Source of the DNA: Chrysomallon squamiferum
Taxonomy: Eukaryota > Animalia > Mollusca
Length of the DNA stretch: 64,000 bases
Assembly: GCA_012295275.1 (NCBI GenBank)
Contig: CM022670.1
Span: forward strand, 3,968,001-4,032,000
Direction: 5' to 3'
Made by a program: the position numbers and the translations under genes. This document shows, piece by piece, positions 12,814 through 28,075 of this stretch. Below the pieces are notes generated by a model. It did no database searches. It had not been told where the DNA came from and worked only from the letters and a program-made list of their open reading frames with translations. Each line of letters starts with the position of its first letter. Positions within the stretch are counted from its first letter, which is position 1.

Positions 12814-15800
12814 TATATATACTTATATATATATATATATCATACATGCATACATATACACACACATACATACACACACAAACACACACAAAAGAATATA
12901 TTATATACATTATAAATTTAAAATATTAATACTTAAGACATTCAAGTTTTATCTAATTCTAATATTGTAGACAAGATTTTTTTTTAACACAACGAGTACA
13001 TTTTGAAGGAAACACTGCTGCTGGTAATCTACCCACCTGACTGTCCAGTCCTAGCAGAATGATCATGGAGAAGAACAAAATGGACCAAAGTGGAGCAACT
13101 GGCATCTGTGACACTGCCTCTGGGTAAGCTATAAATGCCAGTCCAGGTCCTAAAAATATAAACAATGTCACCAGTAAAACTTCGGAATTATTATTATTAT
13201 TATTATTATTATTATTGTTATTGTTATTGTTATTATTGTTATTGTTATTATCAGTGAAGTAGCAGTAGGAGCAGGAGTAGCAGTAGTTCTTAAACAGAAT
13301 GCACTGTAAGTTTATTATTATTAAATTCTTGTTTATTTATTTATTTAGTTAGTTGCATTTTTTTTTTTTTTCTTAATGAAGTTAATCGAATACAATTGAA
13401 AAAATGAAAATAAATATACAATAAAGGATAACGCCGAATATTTTTAATTTGATTATCTAATTTTGTTTTCGATCGAATAAAAAAACACACACACAAAAAA
13501 AACCAGATCAATACTTTCGTCAGCATAAAAGATGCTTCGAACAATGTCAGAACGGTGTTAATGCGGGTCAGTTAGGTTCGTAAATGTCAGCGGCCTTGAC
13601 CTTGTTCTAATCTAGGCAGCATACAACGTCATGTCAATAGAGCACGCAGATTTTTCTATTTTTTATTTTGGCAAGCGAGAATTCCGGTTAACATTTTAAG
13701 CCGCGCAGACACCCACGTATTCTCGTGGAATTTTCAGAGTTACCGCACTTTGGGGCCATCTGGAAATAATTTCACAGCATAACGTTCTAGTCTAAGGATA
13801 AATTTTATTTTTAAAAAATTGATCGAATAGCCTTCAACACGGTATGAAAATTATTTTTTATATTATTATTCAGATCGAAATATATTGCCTTATGGCACAA
13901 ATTATATTTTAATAACCAGAATGTTAAAAAAAAAACATCGGCTTCCGATATGTGTGTATTATGATTTTCAATAACTCGATAAATTCCAACTTTGTGTTCT
14001 CGATTATGAAATAATAACTAAAACAATAATTATCATCATTATCGCTGATGTTATTGTTGCTCAAAATTACAACTGGAAGCTAAAGGATATTAAAAAAAAA
14101 AAAAAAAAGTAGATGGGACCTTTATTTTCATCTAGTTCGCCTCCTCTACATCATAAAGTCACGCTGGAGTTTCTGTAGAAAAACATGTTTACCGCGAATT
14201 TAATATACCATAATTGAATGTCTTGCGTAGAGTTACATCTTGTTATTCAGTGATGTTTCTTTATCCAATACATCAGATATTACATTTCAAAAAAGGCAAG
14301 TCTAAAAGCCAAGAAACGATCAAAACAAATACCCGAACAACATCAACAAGAGAGGCAGATACACAAACACGTTCGCGTAAAATAATAAAACAAAAATCAG
14401 CGAAGCAAGATTTCGTCATTTGTTTTTCCTTCACAAAATGCGTAATCTACGTTGTTAAAACATGGACGAATGATAAAAACAAGTCAGTCGCCGTCTGCTT
14501 GCTTATCGTTATCACGGGAATTGGCTACAAACAAAATCTCGGTCAAACTTTCAGTATAACATTTAATAAGACGGCATATTGTTTACATAAGAGAGAGCGA
14601 ATGAGAGACAGAAAAATAGATTTAAGCCACGTGCAGAGGTAGAGATGATTCTTTGTTTAAACGTAACCTGGTCGGGTAACAAGTTCTCGCCCACACACAT
14701 CAACAAGAAGCCAAGGTTGTTTCATTGTGTGGCGGTAGTTTTCCTTACAGTACATCAAAACAGAAACAATTTTTATTAAAAACTACAAACACCAAGAATG
14801 GACGAAACAAAACAGATTGAAAAAAAACAATGCTGCCACTAGTAATATTCGGTTTTTATACGTATTGGAATTATTTTACTTGCACATATGTATCTATGCA
14901 TACAGTTCGCAAATACAAGATTCCTTAACTATTTTTGTCGACGCGTATCTTTATATCCATCACAAATACGATTTGTTACATTTGGTTACGTTAACCAGAT
15001 ACCTCTATCCATGTTAAATCTATGGTTAGATCTGGTTCTTTGACGGTTTTTACCAGCTTTCACTGCTGCTCTGTTTATATTTACAGATACAATTAATTAT
15101 CTCTGGTTCTAAGATATTTCTGCAACTGCTCCTTTATCTGTTTTCTTATAAATTAGATAACAATAATGTGTTCGTTTAGGCTGCAAATTAAAACCTTTAT
15201 CTTCAGATCAGTATATCCAGTAACTATATTTATAAATTTGTAACGTCATACCAGATTCGGCAACATTGTCCACCGATACGTTCTGTTGCTTGGCCATAAA
15301 ACCCAGAATGGAAAATATGACGAATCCAGACAACAAACTTGTTCCGCTGTTGACACCAGCGAATATCAGACAGTCCCTGAAATTCAAATAAATAAATAAA
15401 TGTTAGAAATGACGACATAATCATTCATGGATAAATTATATTCGTAACAAACCTTGTCTGTTAACACTTCTGTGTATTTAATATAATAAAGTGATAGAAA
15501 GTGTATATGTGAGCGTCTTACATTTATTTACCCTGCAGTCACTGTGTTCGTAATGAGATGTTATATATACCTTTCTGTAGTTCTGTATTTATATATATAT
15601 ATATATCTCGAGACAGTAGTAACTAGTTATTTACTGTTCATATCACAAAAAAATGTGTAAATATATACATTTATTCCCCTTTAAATTATCTTTTAAATAA
15701 TGCTAAAATCATATGATTAAGTTCCGTATACAGGTGAGTTTGCTTATGTTTAGTTTGTTTATTTCGGGTTTCGTTTTTCTTTATTGTTTTCTTTGTTTTT

Positions 15801-18055
15801 TGTTTGTGTGTGTGCGCGTTTTCCAAATGGTGATTGATAAATCTTTATGTCCAAGCCTACTGCGTTAACCGCTACTAGCATCGTTGATACATTCTCTATT
15901 GCACAAGTACTGTTCTCAACAACGATTATTATTTTGCCTGATCACCCCTAACGAATATTCATTCTGTTCCTACAAACATTTTTCATTAACACAACCATCG
16001 TACACTGCCCGACAGTCAACACTTCACGTTTATGCACCGATATTATTATTATTATTATTATTATTAAGCACCCACTACCATAACTATATCCTGGCGTCCG
16101 TTCTAAAGTAGTTTGGTATTAATAAACATTTTTATTTTAATATTCCATCCCCACTACTCTTCATTCTTCATGGTTTCTATCTTCAACCGCTCACCCCTGA
16201 ACTCTTTCTGTCTGACATTTGCAATGGTTCCGTCTTCACTGCATCTGTTCTGTCTAAGACCTCACTTCCCTTTTGCAACAACCACCAATCGTAATCTCAT
16301 TTCTTTCAAAATAATGAATTAATCGTCTCGCCTCAGTTCCCTCCCTTTACCCATCCCCGCCACAATCAAAGCGGTTCAGAACGGCTTGGGAAGTGTACTC
16401 ATCAGAACGTGACCATAACCGAATGTCTTGAAAACGTGAGTAACAATGACTGGTCAATAATTTACTTCTCGGTCTTCTACGTAACCGTTTCCAGCCTCCT
16501 TGGCAGTCAGTGACCTTTTGACCTACTTCTGCGGACAATGTTTACAATCTGAAGACCGCCACATACAGCGAAGGGCCAAAAATAAATAATCAAAATCATT
16601 ATTTTTAGCGCTTTCGAAAATAAGTCGCTTCTAATTTGACAATTAAAGAAGTAAATCAATGAGCCGGTAATGGAAACGTCCGCGGATGGTGTGACTGGAG
16701 GTTGGGATGGATTCTGTTCACGCTAAAGATGAGCGAGTTTTGCGGAGGTTACACTCTCTCTGTGAGCTGGCCACGTTATTACCCACACACACTGTATCGA
16801 TTTCTGCAACAACAAAGACTGCTTGAGGGGAAAATTACTACTTGTTACTAAGAGACCTTGGGAAAATTGCTTTCTCATGGAAATTTTTTATCTTTTTCAC
16901 TCTTCAGCCGTCCTCCATTTTTTTTTTTTTTTTTTTTTTAATTCGTTTTATCTTGAGAATTATAAATTAATGCCAAATTCTAACAGGATGAAATAATTTC
17001 CAGATTGTTATCAAGAACGCCCATAAATATTTTTTTAATGTACTTTTTTTTTTCTTTTTTTTTTTTGTGGCTTCTTAAAATATGATTTTGAAAATAATTT
17101 CAGAATATGAATACATTGCTAGTCTCGACACTTTAACGGTTTTTTGTGAATGATGATGAATTTATTAATCCCACAAGGATCAAGTAATAATAACGTACAT
17201 GTTTAAATTGTTTTCACCTCAACGTAATCGATATAATACGTGCCGTGCAAAAGGTCAATAACACCACGTTTTCTTGTACGTGTAATTATTAGTAAAACAT
17301 TCCAAGACAAGACATTTGTATATTTTACGTATAATTTGTAACTACACTGTGCTAAAGGAATACATTTATAATCGTAAGGAGAATGAATGATTTAGTAAAT
17401 AAATAAATGGAGAAGTTGACTCATAATGAAATAATTAGAAATATAATAATAATAAAAATAAGTACCTAAAACTGTTGTGATGGAACTTGTTGTAGCTGCC
17501 CAAAGCGGTCAGAGTTCCCAGACTGATGGAGTAAGAAAAGAAGATCTGTGTACCAGCGTCCACCCATACCTAGAACACAAATAACAACAACAACAACAAC
17601 AACAACAACAATAATAGTAATAATAGTACAAGTAGTCCTCATAGTAGTAGTAGTAGTAGTAACATGTAAACAGTGTTATAAAGAAGAATTGTAATCTGCA
17701 TGATAAATATTAATTCATTAACGTCCAAAACAATGGTCAATGTTTTATGTCCAGAACAAAAGTTTTCATATAACACATTTTGACGGGATATTGGTTTTCT
17801 TCTTTTGTCTTTACAATCTGAAAAATACCAAGGGGCAAGTGAACGTGCTGTCAGCAGGGTCAAAGTTGTTCTTAAACGCTGAAAGAGGCTGGAACGTGCA
17901 AGTGGATGAGACACAACACCCACAAGAGTTAAACTGTCTGCATTTCGCGTGCTTGCGCGTTTTTGTTCAGGTTTTGTCCCACGAGAAAATTTAATGCCGC
18001 ATTTGATTTCAGTTCCCTTGTTTAATTCAAATAAACAAATAAATAAATAAAATGT

Positions 18056-18086
<31 letters not shown>

Positions 18087-21000
18087 CCATCTATGATTTA
18101 CTGAATGACAGAACGTTTTTGGATAATGTCAGTATATATATATATACTATATTTGTTCTTGTTGTTATCTTCTATAGAATCAGAACGCTGTTCTGCATGT
18201 GTATGTTTGAAGAATCCGATGATTAATTAAAAATATATACAATCTGTCACTAAGCTCAAGTTTCAAACAATCTGGTCTCGGCCAGTCGAACATACTTAAT
18301 AATATTAGTCTTAGTATTAATAACGCTCTCTTGCTTGAGATAATTATAGAATTATGATAATTTTATTACAAATAATTAAACGAATGGTAATTCTATTAAC
18401 ACAATCTTTCATCACGTCGAATGGAAGACGGAGAGGAGAATGTATGCAAATTGCTACCCCCGAAGCCTTGTGTACGCAGCTGCAAATATTCTGAATAAAT
18501 ATTAGCAAGATAAAATAAATCGACGAAAAAGAGTTTTATGTAAACCGGGGTTCAATTTTATCGAACCGGTGTAGCATCCTTTTTGAAATATTGAGTTAAA
18601 TGTCAACTGAAAGATGAATAACAACAACAACAAAAAAAAAACATATTTAAAAAAATGAAAAACAAAAGTAGGTTATATTGATGAAACTACAAGGAATGTC
18701 AAGTATTTATTATGAATTTAGTTTACATCAAAAATATATTTAGTAGCAAACAGATTAATATCTAATACTAGAGCGAAGGTCGTCAGTTTTTGAGAGGAGT
18801 CAGATAAGAAAGATCACAGTATGTAAATATTAAGCTGAACACGTTCTTGCGTCAGTTCGTGCACCACATTGAGTCACGTACTCCCAGTAACACATCTGGT
18901 CAAGACGTCCATTATTATCGGAGTCTCTGCAAATTCCTAACTGATAGATGACGTTCTGTCGCTGATCCGTCAAGACTAGAGATACAAGACGGCTGTAATG
19001 AAATCTGAGTTTGACATCACTGTACAACGAAGTGGGCATGGCAGATTTCTACATTAGACTTTACGAAAACCTAAACTGAACCGTAACGTCTGCGTAATGA
19101 AAGCAATAATGTTATTGGTGTTTGTTGTGTTTTTCTTTGTTTTATCGTTGTTATTTTTGTTGTTATTGTTGTTGATTTATTTTGTATTTATTTATTCTAT
19201 TTTTTTTTTTTTTTTTTTATTATTATTTAAATAAAATAAATAAATCTATCAATCAAATACTCCTAGCTCTTAAGATCATGAATTCGGACGTGCGCAGGAA
19301 CGTTTGTCGTAAAAATGCGGTTATTAGTTTGAGATAATTGTTAGTCTTATGCGAATTATGAAGTTGTTTTGACATGTATTGCTGTACATTGCTGTTTTAG
19401 ATCACTATATTCGTACGGTATTCATTACATCATTGAACAGGTATAAAATTAATTTTAATAATTTATACGTTTTGTGACTTCTATCATATTCACATGACAC
19501 TGAGCTGGAACATTCGGTTTGAGGTGTAATTAGAAGCGAGTCATCATATTGCTCAAAGCTGAAAATGAATCAATTCCTCAGTGTGTCTGCATGTATTTTT
19601 TTTTATTATTATTATTATTATTTTTTTTTTGTTGTATGTTTGATTATTTGTCGTTGTGGTGTATTAGTCTGCGCAATTTTCTTACCAATGAACGCCAAAG
19701 CTGTCATATACTGTCAGTCTGTAGCTAGTTTCTGTTTCCCATTTTCGTGTCAAACGTAAATAGTTCTGAATGTGAAGGGTGGAAAACTAACAACTGTTGG
19801 CACAGATACACCTCTGTGGAGACCATACGCAGACAACCGGTGTGCAAGCGTTCACAAACTGCTAACACATTTATCACTGCAAACCTATTTCTCAACAATA
19901 AACCTGTTTTATTGAAAATAGCACATGACAGCCATTACTGGCTTTAATGCGGATAGTGTGTCATGGTGCCGTCATGTTACTTAAGTAGTACCAAATGTTC
20001 CAAAACATTTGTTTACCGCGTTTCATTAACCTATGACTTTTATGCACTTACATTTCATTTTCATTCCTTAATCATGTGAAATGGATAATGGCATGTTGGA
20101 TTGCACTGATCCACATTTACCGAAGTTAACTACATTACTTAGCTTTTGTTTATTTAACAAGAAAATTAATCAAAATTAATCAAAATTAATCTAGTTCTAT
20201 GTGCTCTATATCAAATGAAATAAAATAAAAATCCTTGATTCAACGAGACGTACTTAGATGTTTTGGATCATCATAGAAATTTTCGAGACTATAGCTAATG
20301 ATTTTCTTAATTATATTTTTAATTTTTAATTTTTTTTTATTATTGTTTTGTTTATTATTTTGTTCTTGCTGTTGTTGTTACATGTTTTAAATATTGACAT
20401 GACCAACATTACAACTCGAAGATGCACTAGATAATAAAGCCAGCAAAACAAAAATGAAATAAAACAAAAGACACGTAAAAACTACGAGATACCTGCGGTT
20501 CCAGCAGTTTCTCCCATTTGGGAACCAGGTAATAATGGATGCCGTCCATAGCGCCATCTAGCGTCATACCTCGAATCAAGAGCACGATCATCAGAATGTA
20601 CGGGCTGGTTGCCGTAAAGTACATCACCTAAGATAAAGAGAAACAAAATGGAATTAAAGTTTTCTGTCACGGAATCACTGGCTATACAGGGGCGGAGCAC
20701 AGTAACAATAGTAATAAAAAATAACGTAAAGTTTAGTATAAACATATTATCAACATGCAGTACAAAATGGGTGGTGTCGCCAGAAAAACCTTAAAAGTTC
20801 AATGATTCATTTCAATAGTATATATAGTTTTTCCAGTTTACAACACTATTCGTTATTATTTTTTTAACAAAATGGTGGTACGTGTTTAAAAAAAAAAAAA
20901 GTAATATAAAATATAAAATGCTTACCGTACTGATTCTTCACCTTTAAAACAATATATTCATTATATATTTATAAAAACGACAATTTAAATAATAGCGTGG

Positions 21001-21446
21001 ACTTTACAAGTTATCCAACGACACCACTATGAAACAACACTTCAAAAAGTTTCACTAAAAAAATAAAAACGTAAAAAAAAAATATATATATATATGTTCT
21101 TTTTCTTTTTTTTTTCTTTCTTTGTAAATTAAACATTGATTAAAATAGAGATAATTATTAAATTATATAAAAGTACAACATTATTTTTTTTTTTTTTCTA
21201 GGTGTGTCTGCAACCATTAGGTCGCACTTTGGTCAATAGATCATCACCTTGCCGGAACTCTTAATGCCCTTCCATATGCAGAAATACACGACGATCCATG
21301 CGAGTAACAAGCAGAGGGCCAGGTCCCACTTGATAGTGCCGGGTTCCCCCACATCACTGGACAATTGGAGGACTTTCCGCCTGTAGAAATGCTATACTAA
21401 AGTGGCTGTGTTACAGACTGCGACTGGCCCAGCAGTGCAGGTATAT

Positions 21447-21480
<34 letters not shown>

Positions 21481-24365
21481 GTATATAAATATAGTTATGT
21501 TTATAAAGCAATCAATTATAGATATCATGTACTGAAGCATGCCTCACCTTCAGTTCACTTTTAACCCCCTTTTTTTGTAAAAAAAAAAAAAAAAAAAAAA
21601 GCAAGATTTTATTTTTGTTTTTGAATTTAAATTAACGATGACGTTCTGCGTTTTCTTTTTTCATATATAATTATTATTATTATTTTTTTTTTTTTTTTAA
21701 ATTTATTGCCGAAAATAAATATTAAAGACTTCCCCAAACCACCAACCCTACGCTGTAACACGTTGAAATGGAATTTTGTATTTCGATATTAACATCTTAG
21801 GCAGCCACATAATTCTAAGGAGATAGGGACCGACCAGTTGCGATCAGCCATCCTAAAGACCCACAATGGGACAAACCCATCGCGTACAGGCATAGACCAT
21901 CACAAACTCATCGGGTATGGGACTACGTCGTTTCCGCTTTAAGCAAACATGGCTTCTACTCGCAGTGACATTCAGAGGGCAGAAGCAATGCCTGTTGGGA
22001 GGTAAAACGTCTCCTTTTCAAGTATAAAATATTGTGAATAATGAAATTCAAATAAAGCTATTACGATTTCAGTGCTTGCAAAATTAACTTTTTTTTTTTT
22101 TTTCTGGCATTCTCTTGGTACTTTACAATTCAACTTATTTATGATAAACTTAACGCTGAAACAAAACATTTGGTTGACATAAAAAAAAAAAGATCATTCA
22201 CGATGCCATCAAAATCATCCAAACGGGCTGGGCCTTGACGGGCTACCGTAAGATATATAAAAAAAACAAACAAAAGCAGTTATTAAAATTTTCTGGCCAA
22301 ATTCTTAAAAAAAACACGAAATGAAAAAAAAAATTCCCGAAACAGAAACCATCAAAGCCGGTTCATAAACCTTTATCAGATGATGCGAGCCTTGTGCCTG
22401 GATTTTTACTGAACTAAAACTAACAACGATATTAATTATCTTTTATAAAAACGCTAAAAACATAGTTAGAAAAATTAAAAAGAGAAGAAAAAAATAAGAA
22501 AAAATCGCGAGTTTTGTGTTTTCTACGGCAACAAATCGCGGCACATGACTTGCTTCAGCTGAAGTTAGAAGGGACCGGCTCTGATGGAAGAAGAAAGCGC
22601 TGCCAATTAGCAATAATAACGACCTAGAATACAGCAGTTTCCGTCACTCAGTACATAAAATCAGTAAACAAAGAACAATAGACTAAAAGAAGAAAAGAAA
22701 AAAAAAATGAGATTATTATGCATACATAATCATTAATATAGTCTGTGTTAGAATAAAAATGTGGGGAAAAAAGTATGTCTAAATTGCTTATATTAATGAA
22801 AAATGAGTGTGTAGGTTGAAACTTTCGTTCGTCTGTACAAAAAAAATGTATATGTGTGTGTGTGTGCTAAATGAAGTTTTGTGTGCATCCGTGTAACTGT
22901 GTGCATAATTATAAAAAGGTAAATCAACTTATGAATGTTTTTTTTGTTTGTTTGTTGTTGTTTTGTTTTTATGTAATGAAGGCAACGTCATTAAATGAAA
23001 TAAAAGTATGAATGAAACGATATTCATAATAATGTGCATGTATTTTTGTTGTTTTTAAAAAAAAAAAAAAAAAAAAAAGTAATAAAAAATTGTGTTTTAA
23101 TACTGTAGGAAAAGGTAATATAAGCAACAAGAACATTTAAAGCAAATAAACAGACCCTATGCATTACACAAGCAAAACATCATATTAGAAATAAACGTAT
23201 AAAATACGTGGTATTACATGTGAAGAAATGTTTTGAAAACCTGTCAGTGTGCTGGGAAATGACCGTTTGTTGGTATTTTTATACATGACTTAGACATACT
23301 GTGCACCCAAGATTAATTATGAATGGAAATGTTTAGCAATTGACCTTGACCGTAAAAACAAAATCAAACGTCATTTGAACTTGAAGTACTTTCTAAAACC
23401 TACCAGCATTTTTACTTCTAACAGTGAGTGAACATGTCTGTTTAGTTATTTATTATTGCATAAATAAGCAGAGGATTCTGGAGTAGTTGGATTACACTTT
23501 AAAACCTTTGAAATTCAGTTTACAGTATATTATGAATTATTTCAGTATTGTAGCTTCTTCCGTCGTCTATACTTCCTATCTCTCTGTTAGTGATTAAATG
23601 TCCTATCCTTGCTTTTGAGCTGCCTATTTTACACCTATTATTCTCTCAGTTATCTTTCCCTCTATGTTTCTAACCCATCAGCTCTAACCCCTCAGCTCTC
23701 CCCTCACCCTTTCTCTGTTTACGTCTGCCGTGACAGAATGACCTTTCTTTTTCTGTTCAGTATTCAGTGAATAACGTTTTCCTTACAGGAAACAAACACT
23801 TATTTAAAATTAACCCTGCACGAACATTCCACCGAGAAGGTTCCATCATAATTAATGCTCTTTATTTTTACCATTTTACTTCATTTTATTTATTATTTGT
23901 TTATTAATTTTATTATTATTATAATTATTATTATTAATTTTTTTTTTTTTTTTAATTGTCTATAATATTTAATACTTAACAGACAGTGGGGTTTATTAAA
24001 GTGTATAGGATCAAAGTGATGATCGTGCTCTCAATGGAAATCTTAGTAAGAAATGATTGTAATATTATCCTAAAGCAAATGAAACAAAAACTGTTATTAT
24101 TAAGATGGTCTCACCTGGATTACCTGAAAAGAAACAAATCCTGTCGTGCAGTAAGATAACGACGTTAGACAGTTTGAAGTGTAACTCAAATGCCACAGAA
24201 CGCTTGTCAAATGTCAATATTAAACATTCGTCCTCAAAAGTTTTGAATCGTAAAGTTAAATCTAAATACAGTAAACACAGCTGTGTAGAGGTTAGTGTTC
24301 ATTCAAGTTGTTGTTACATTTTCTTAAGGGTTTTATTTTTTGATCAGTTTTATTTATTAATATAT

Positions 24366-24416
<51 letters not shown>

Positions 24417-24788
24417 TATCTAAGTTTATTTATTTATTCTGTTTATGTATTTTTATTTGATTTTATTTTAATAATTTTACTGTTGCTGTTGCTATTTGTG
24501 TTGGTGGAGGAAGCGCTTTTTGTTGAACTGATATCTAGCAACTATCAGAATTGAGAATTATGTTTTTCGTATTGTCACAGAATATTTGTGAAATCACTGC
24601 TGATCATCTGCGTTCTCCGTTACCATTTCTTTCTTTCTGTCTTTCTTTGGAGCCGTATTTGAAAGTTATAATTCAGAATGTCAGGTTAGGGAGACTGATA
24701 TTCAGACATACTTTCAACGAAATGACCAAATAAATATTCTGATATGCTTATTACAAAATATTCAATATAAATAATAAAAATAATGAAA

Positions 24789-24829
<41 letters not shown>

Positions 24830-25442
24830 GTAGTAATATTAAATAAATAAATACAAAAGTGTACAGCACAATGCCTGTATGCATTATACAACGTGTATTA
24901 TATCTTGCAGATGCCACAAACTGACAAGTAAATCATTGGCAGCGATACGCCTGTTGTGTTTCACATGACTCATTGTAAACTATAAAATAAAAATAAATGT
25001 TTACGTTTTTGTTCACAGTGACATTGATGATTTTTTTTTTTTTTTAAACATTTGTTTGTGATAATTTTGTTTACGTAAGTGGAATTTATAATCCTTGACA
25101 TCCAAGCCATTGAATTTTTAAACGTGAAAAACCAGAATCGTAAAGATTAGGTTGCTTTTTTGTTGTTTTGTTTTTCCTTGACGTTATTTTTAACACACAC
25201 CTGATATACTGTGACATGTGTATATTTCATACATTCAGATATCGTTGTGCTACATAGCCCACGCGAACTGGTGTTTATTTTGAATTATTTTATTGATTCT
25301 ATACCAAAAATACAATTCATCTCCTTGTATTTATAGTTGTTTATTGTTATTTATTTTATTTATTTATTTATTTATTTATAAAGAGATTCTGTTTGGCTTT
25401 TTCAAACGATTTTTTTTTTTCATCTACTGTTCTATTTTTTCT

Positions 25443-25502
<60 letters not shown>

Positions 25503-26682
25503 AGTTTTATTTTATTTCGTTCCTGCTCAAAATGCTCTTCATTTTTGAAAGTTCAATATTCTCTTTGAAAGCAAACGCAGCATTTGAGTTACAGTAAGGG
25601 ACATACAGAACCAAGATGGTTCCGTGTGAAAATCTATCAGTATAATGCTTTAATTTAATAAAATAAATACATACTCCCAAAATTCTGTAACTGGGTCTGG
25701 AAGTACATTGTCTTTGGTCTTAATGGAAGCTACGACAGCTCCCGTGACGTTGCTCAGAGTCGACGTCAGGTTGTAGACGACGTCTGACGACGTGTTGACT
25801 GTGGCGGCAAGCGACTCGTTCAGCGACTTCTGGAACGTCGAACAGTTCACCGTGTTCCACTCGTTGTCGCAGTTGGACCACGGCAAAACGGAGGTGAAGG
25901 ACGAAAACAAATAATAGAATGCCCATGTGAGGATGATGTTGTAGTTGCAGTTGAGTAAGAACACGATCACTGCGGACGCGTAGCCCACGCCTGAAAATTA
26001 AAATGAAAACACGAGCTTTAATTACGTTGCTGTTAATGAACGCCACAAATACAGTGTTTGTTAATCGAGCGGAGATAGCAACCAGTCGTAAACTATTCTT
26101 AGATTATGCCAGAGAGTCATTTTTTAATTATATCGTTGATTTCAAATGTGGTGAACATGTGGGTGTTGTTACTGCATTTCTAACAAAGAAATTGCCTTTT
26201 GAAATGTAACGTCTTTTTTTTTTTTTTTTTTTTTTGGCAAACCTTCGAGTTTCTTACAGTTTTAACGAATGATTTCCTATTTTAATCAGTAGTTATAAAT
26301 TAGCTGTCAGTCCATTTTTTTTTTCTTCTTAAACCACTCCTAACGATAAGATAATAATCTTGAAAACCTTCAGGTCAATGTACGCTTTTCAAAGTAAGTA
26401 TGTGTAAATGTGTGTATTTATGACTTTCTTTGTGTATCGATACTTCCCCTTCAGAAGATATATTAGAAGCACTATCTCTAATAACCACTCAATTTTCTTC
26501 AGACACAAATGCACCATTATCACGTATTTGAAAATGTATTTTTATTACAAACATGTTCAAGATCAGTGTCTTATTGTTAAAATGTAAAACTAATGTCACT
26601 TAATTACGAAATTAAGGCCTTTTCAAATTCTATTTCAACTTTGTTCATCTGACCCTTCTTTATTCATTTATTTATACTTTTT

Positions 26683-26731
<49 letters not shown>

Positions 26732-28030
26732 ATCAAATGTACTTTGAAATAATTTTCCGTTCTTACCTTGAAATAAGGGACAAATCTTCCACGGTCCAAT
26801 TCCACCCTCTGACATGAACTGGCCCAGTGACACCTCCAGGAAAAACACAGGAATCCCGCCCAGCAAGACAGCGATGAAATAGGGAATTAAAAACGCCCCT
26901 GAAACGAATGGTAGAATAACTATTAATAGAATTTCGACTGAGTATTGAGAGAAAAAATGAGAGATAAAGTTATTTTTATTATTATTTTAGTTTTTGGGAA
27001 TGGTTTTTAATTTCCCTAATTCGACAACAACAACAACAACAACAACAATTTAATACAGTTAAAGATCTTCTGAATTAATTGCTAGATTATTTTTCAAAAA
27101 CCATTTAAGAACAAATCCAAATAGGATTAAAACGTGATTAGGTTTCGTTTTTGTTTTTTTGTCGAAAACAGATAGTGGTAAATGCTTCTTAAAATATAAA
27201 AATAATGTCATGTAATTTTAAAATCTGTTCCAACTTTGTTTATCTGACCTTCTTTATTCATTTATTTATACCTTTTATTTTTATTTTTTTAAATATTTTT
27301 TATTAGACACCTCTTCTTGAAATGTAAGCTACTGTTGAAATCTAGGACAGGGTTACATACGCAATTTACCTTTCAAAATAACTTCACCATTTACACATTC
27401 TGACCTATAAATTTCATGTCATCATTTATGGTAACAATTTAAGAAATTAAAATTTTTTAAAAAAAAAAAGTAAGTCAGCGTATTGTTAAACGGTTTTATT
27501 TGTTTATGTGCTAAGATACCTAACAATATAGAGGAACAGCTGGCATCCCGTTTTATTCGGTCAGTAAGTTAATAAATATTCCGTTTCTGCTTGAATTGGC
27601 CAGCACAAAGCAGATAAAACAACCCGCATGTGTAACATGTAAAATACATATCAAGTATATAACACGAGTCCTTGCTCGACTGTCTGTTTTCTTAAATACC
27701 CAGTCGTTCAGTCGTTTATATGTGTAAACAAGAGGAAAGGCCCAGCCACTGTTACAGTGAAACGAGAAGCACAAATGACATTTCTGAATAAGACCTGCAA
27801 ATGTAAACAGTCATATGGGTTTCGTTGTGTGTTTTACAGTCCTTGAAACAGCTGTTGCAGAAAAACATGTTTATGAACGACTGAACTACAGTCTATTTCA
27901 TGTACGGGGTTTTGTGTTTTAAACAAACGTTAATAATAGTTTAACGGTTTTATTTTACATCCAGAATACGAAAAAAATATATATATGTAAAATATAATAA
28001 ATAAAATAAAAAAAAAAATAATAATAAAAA

Positions 28031-28075
<45 letters not shown>

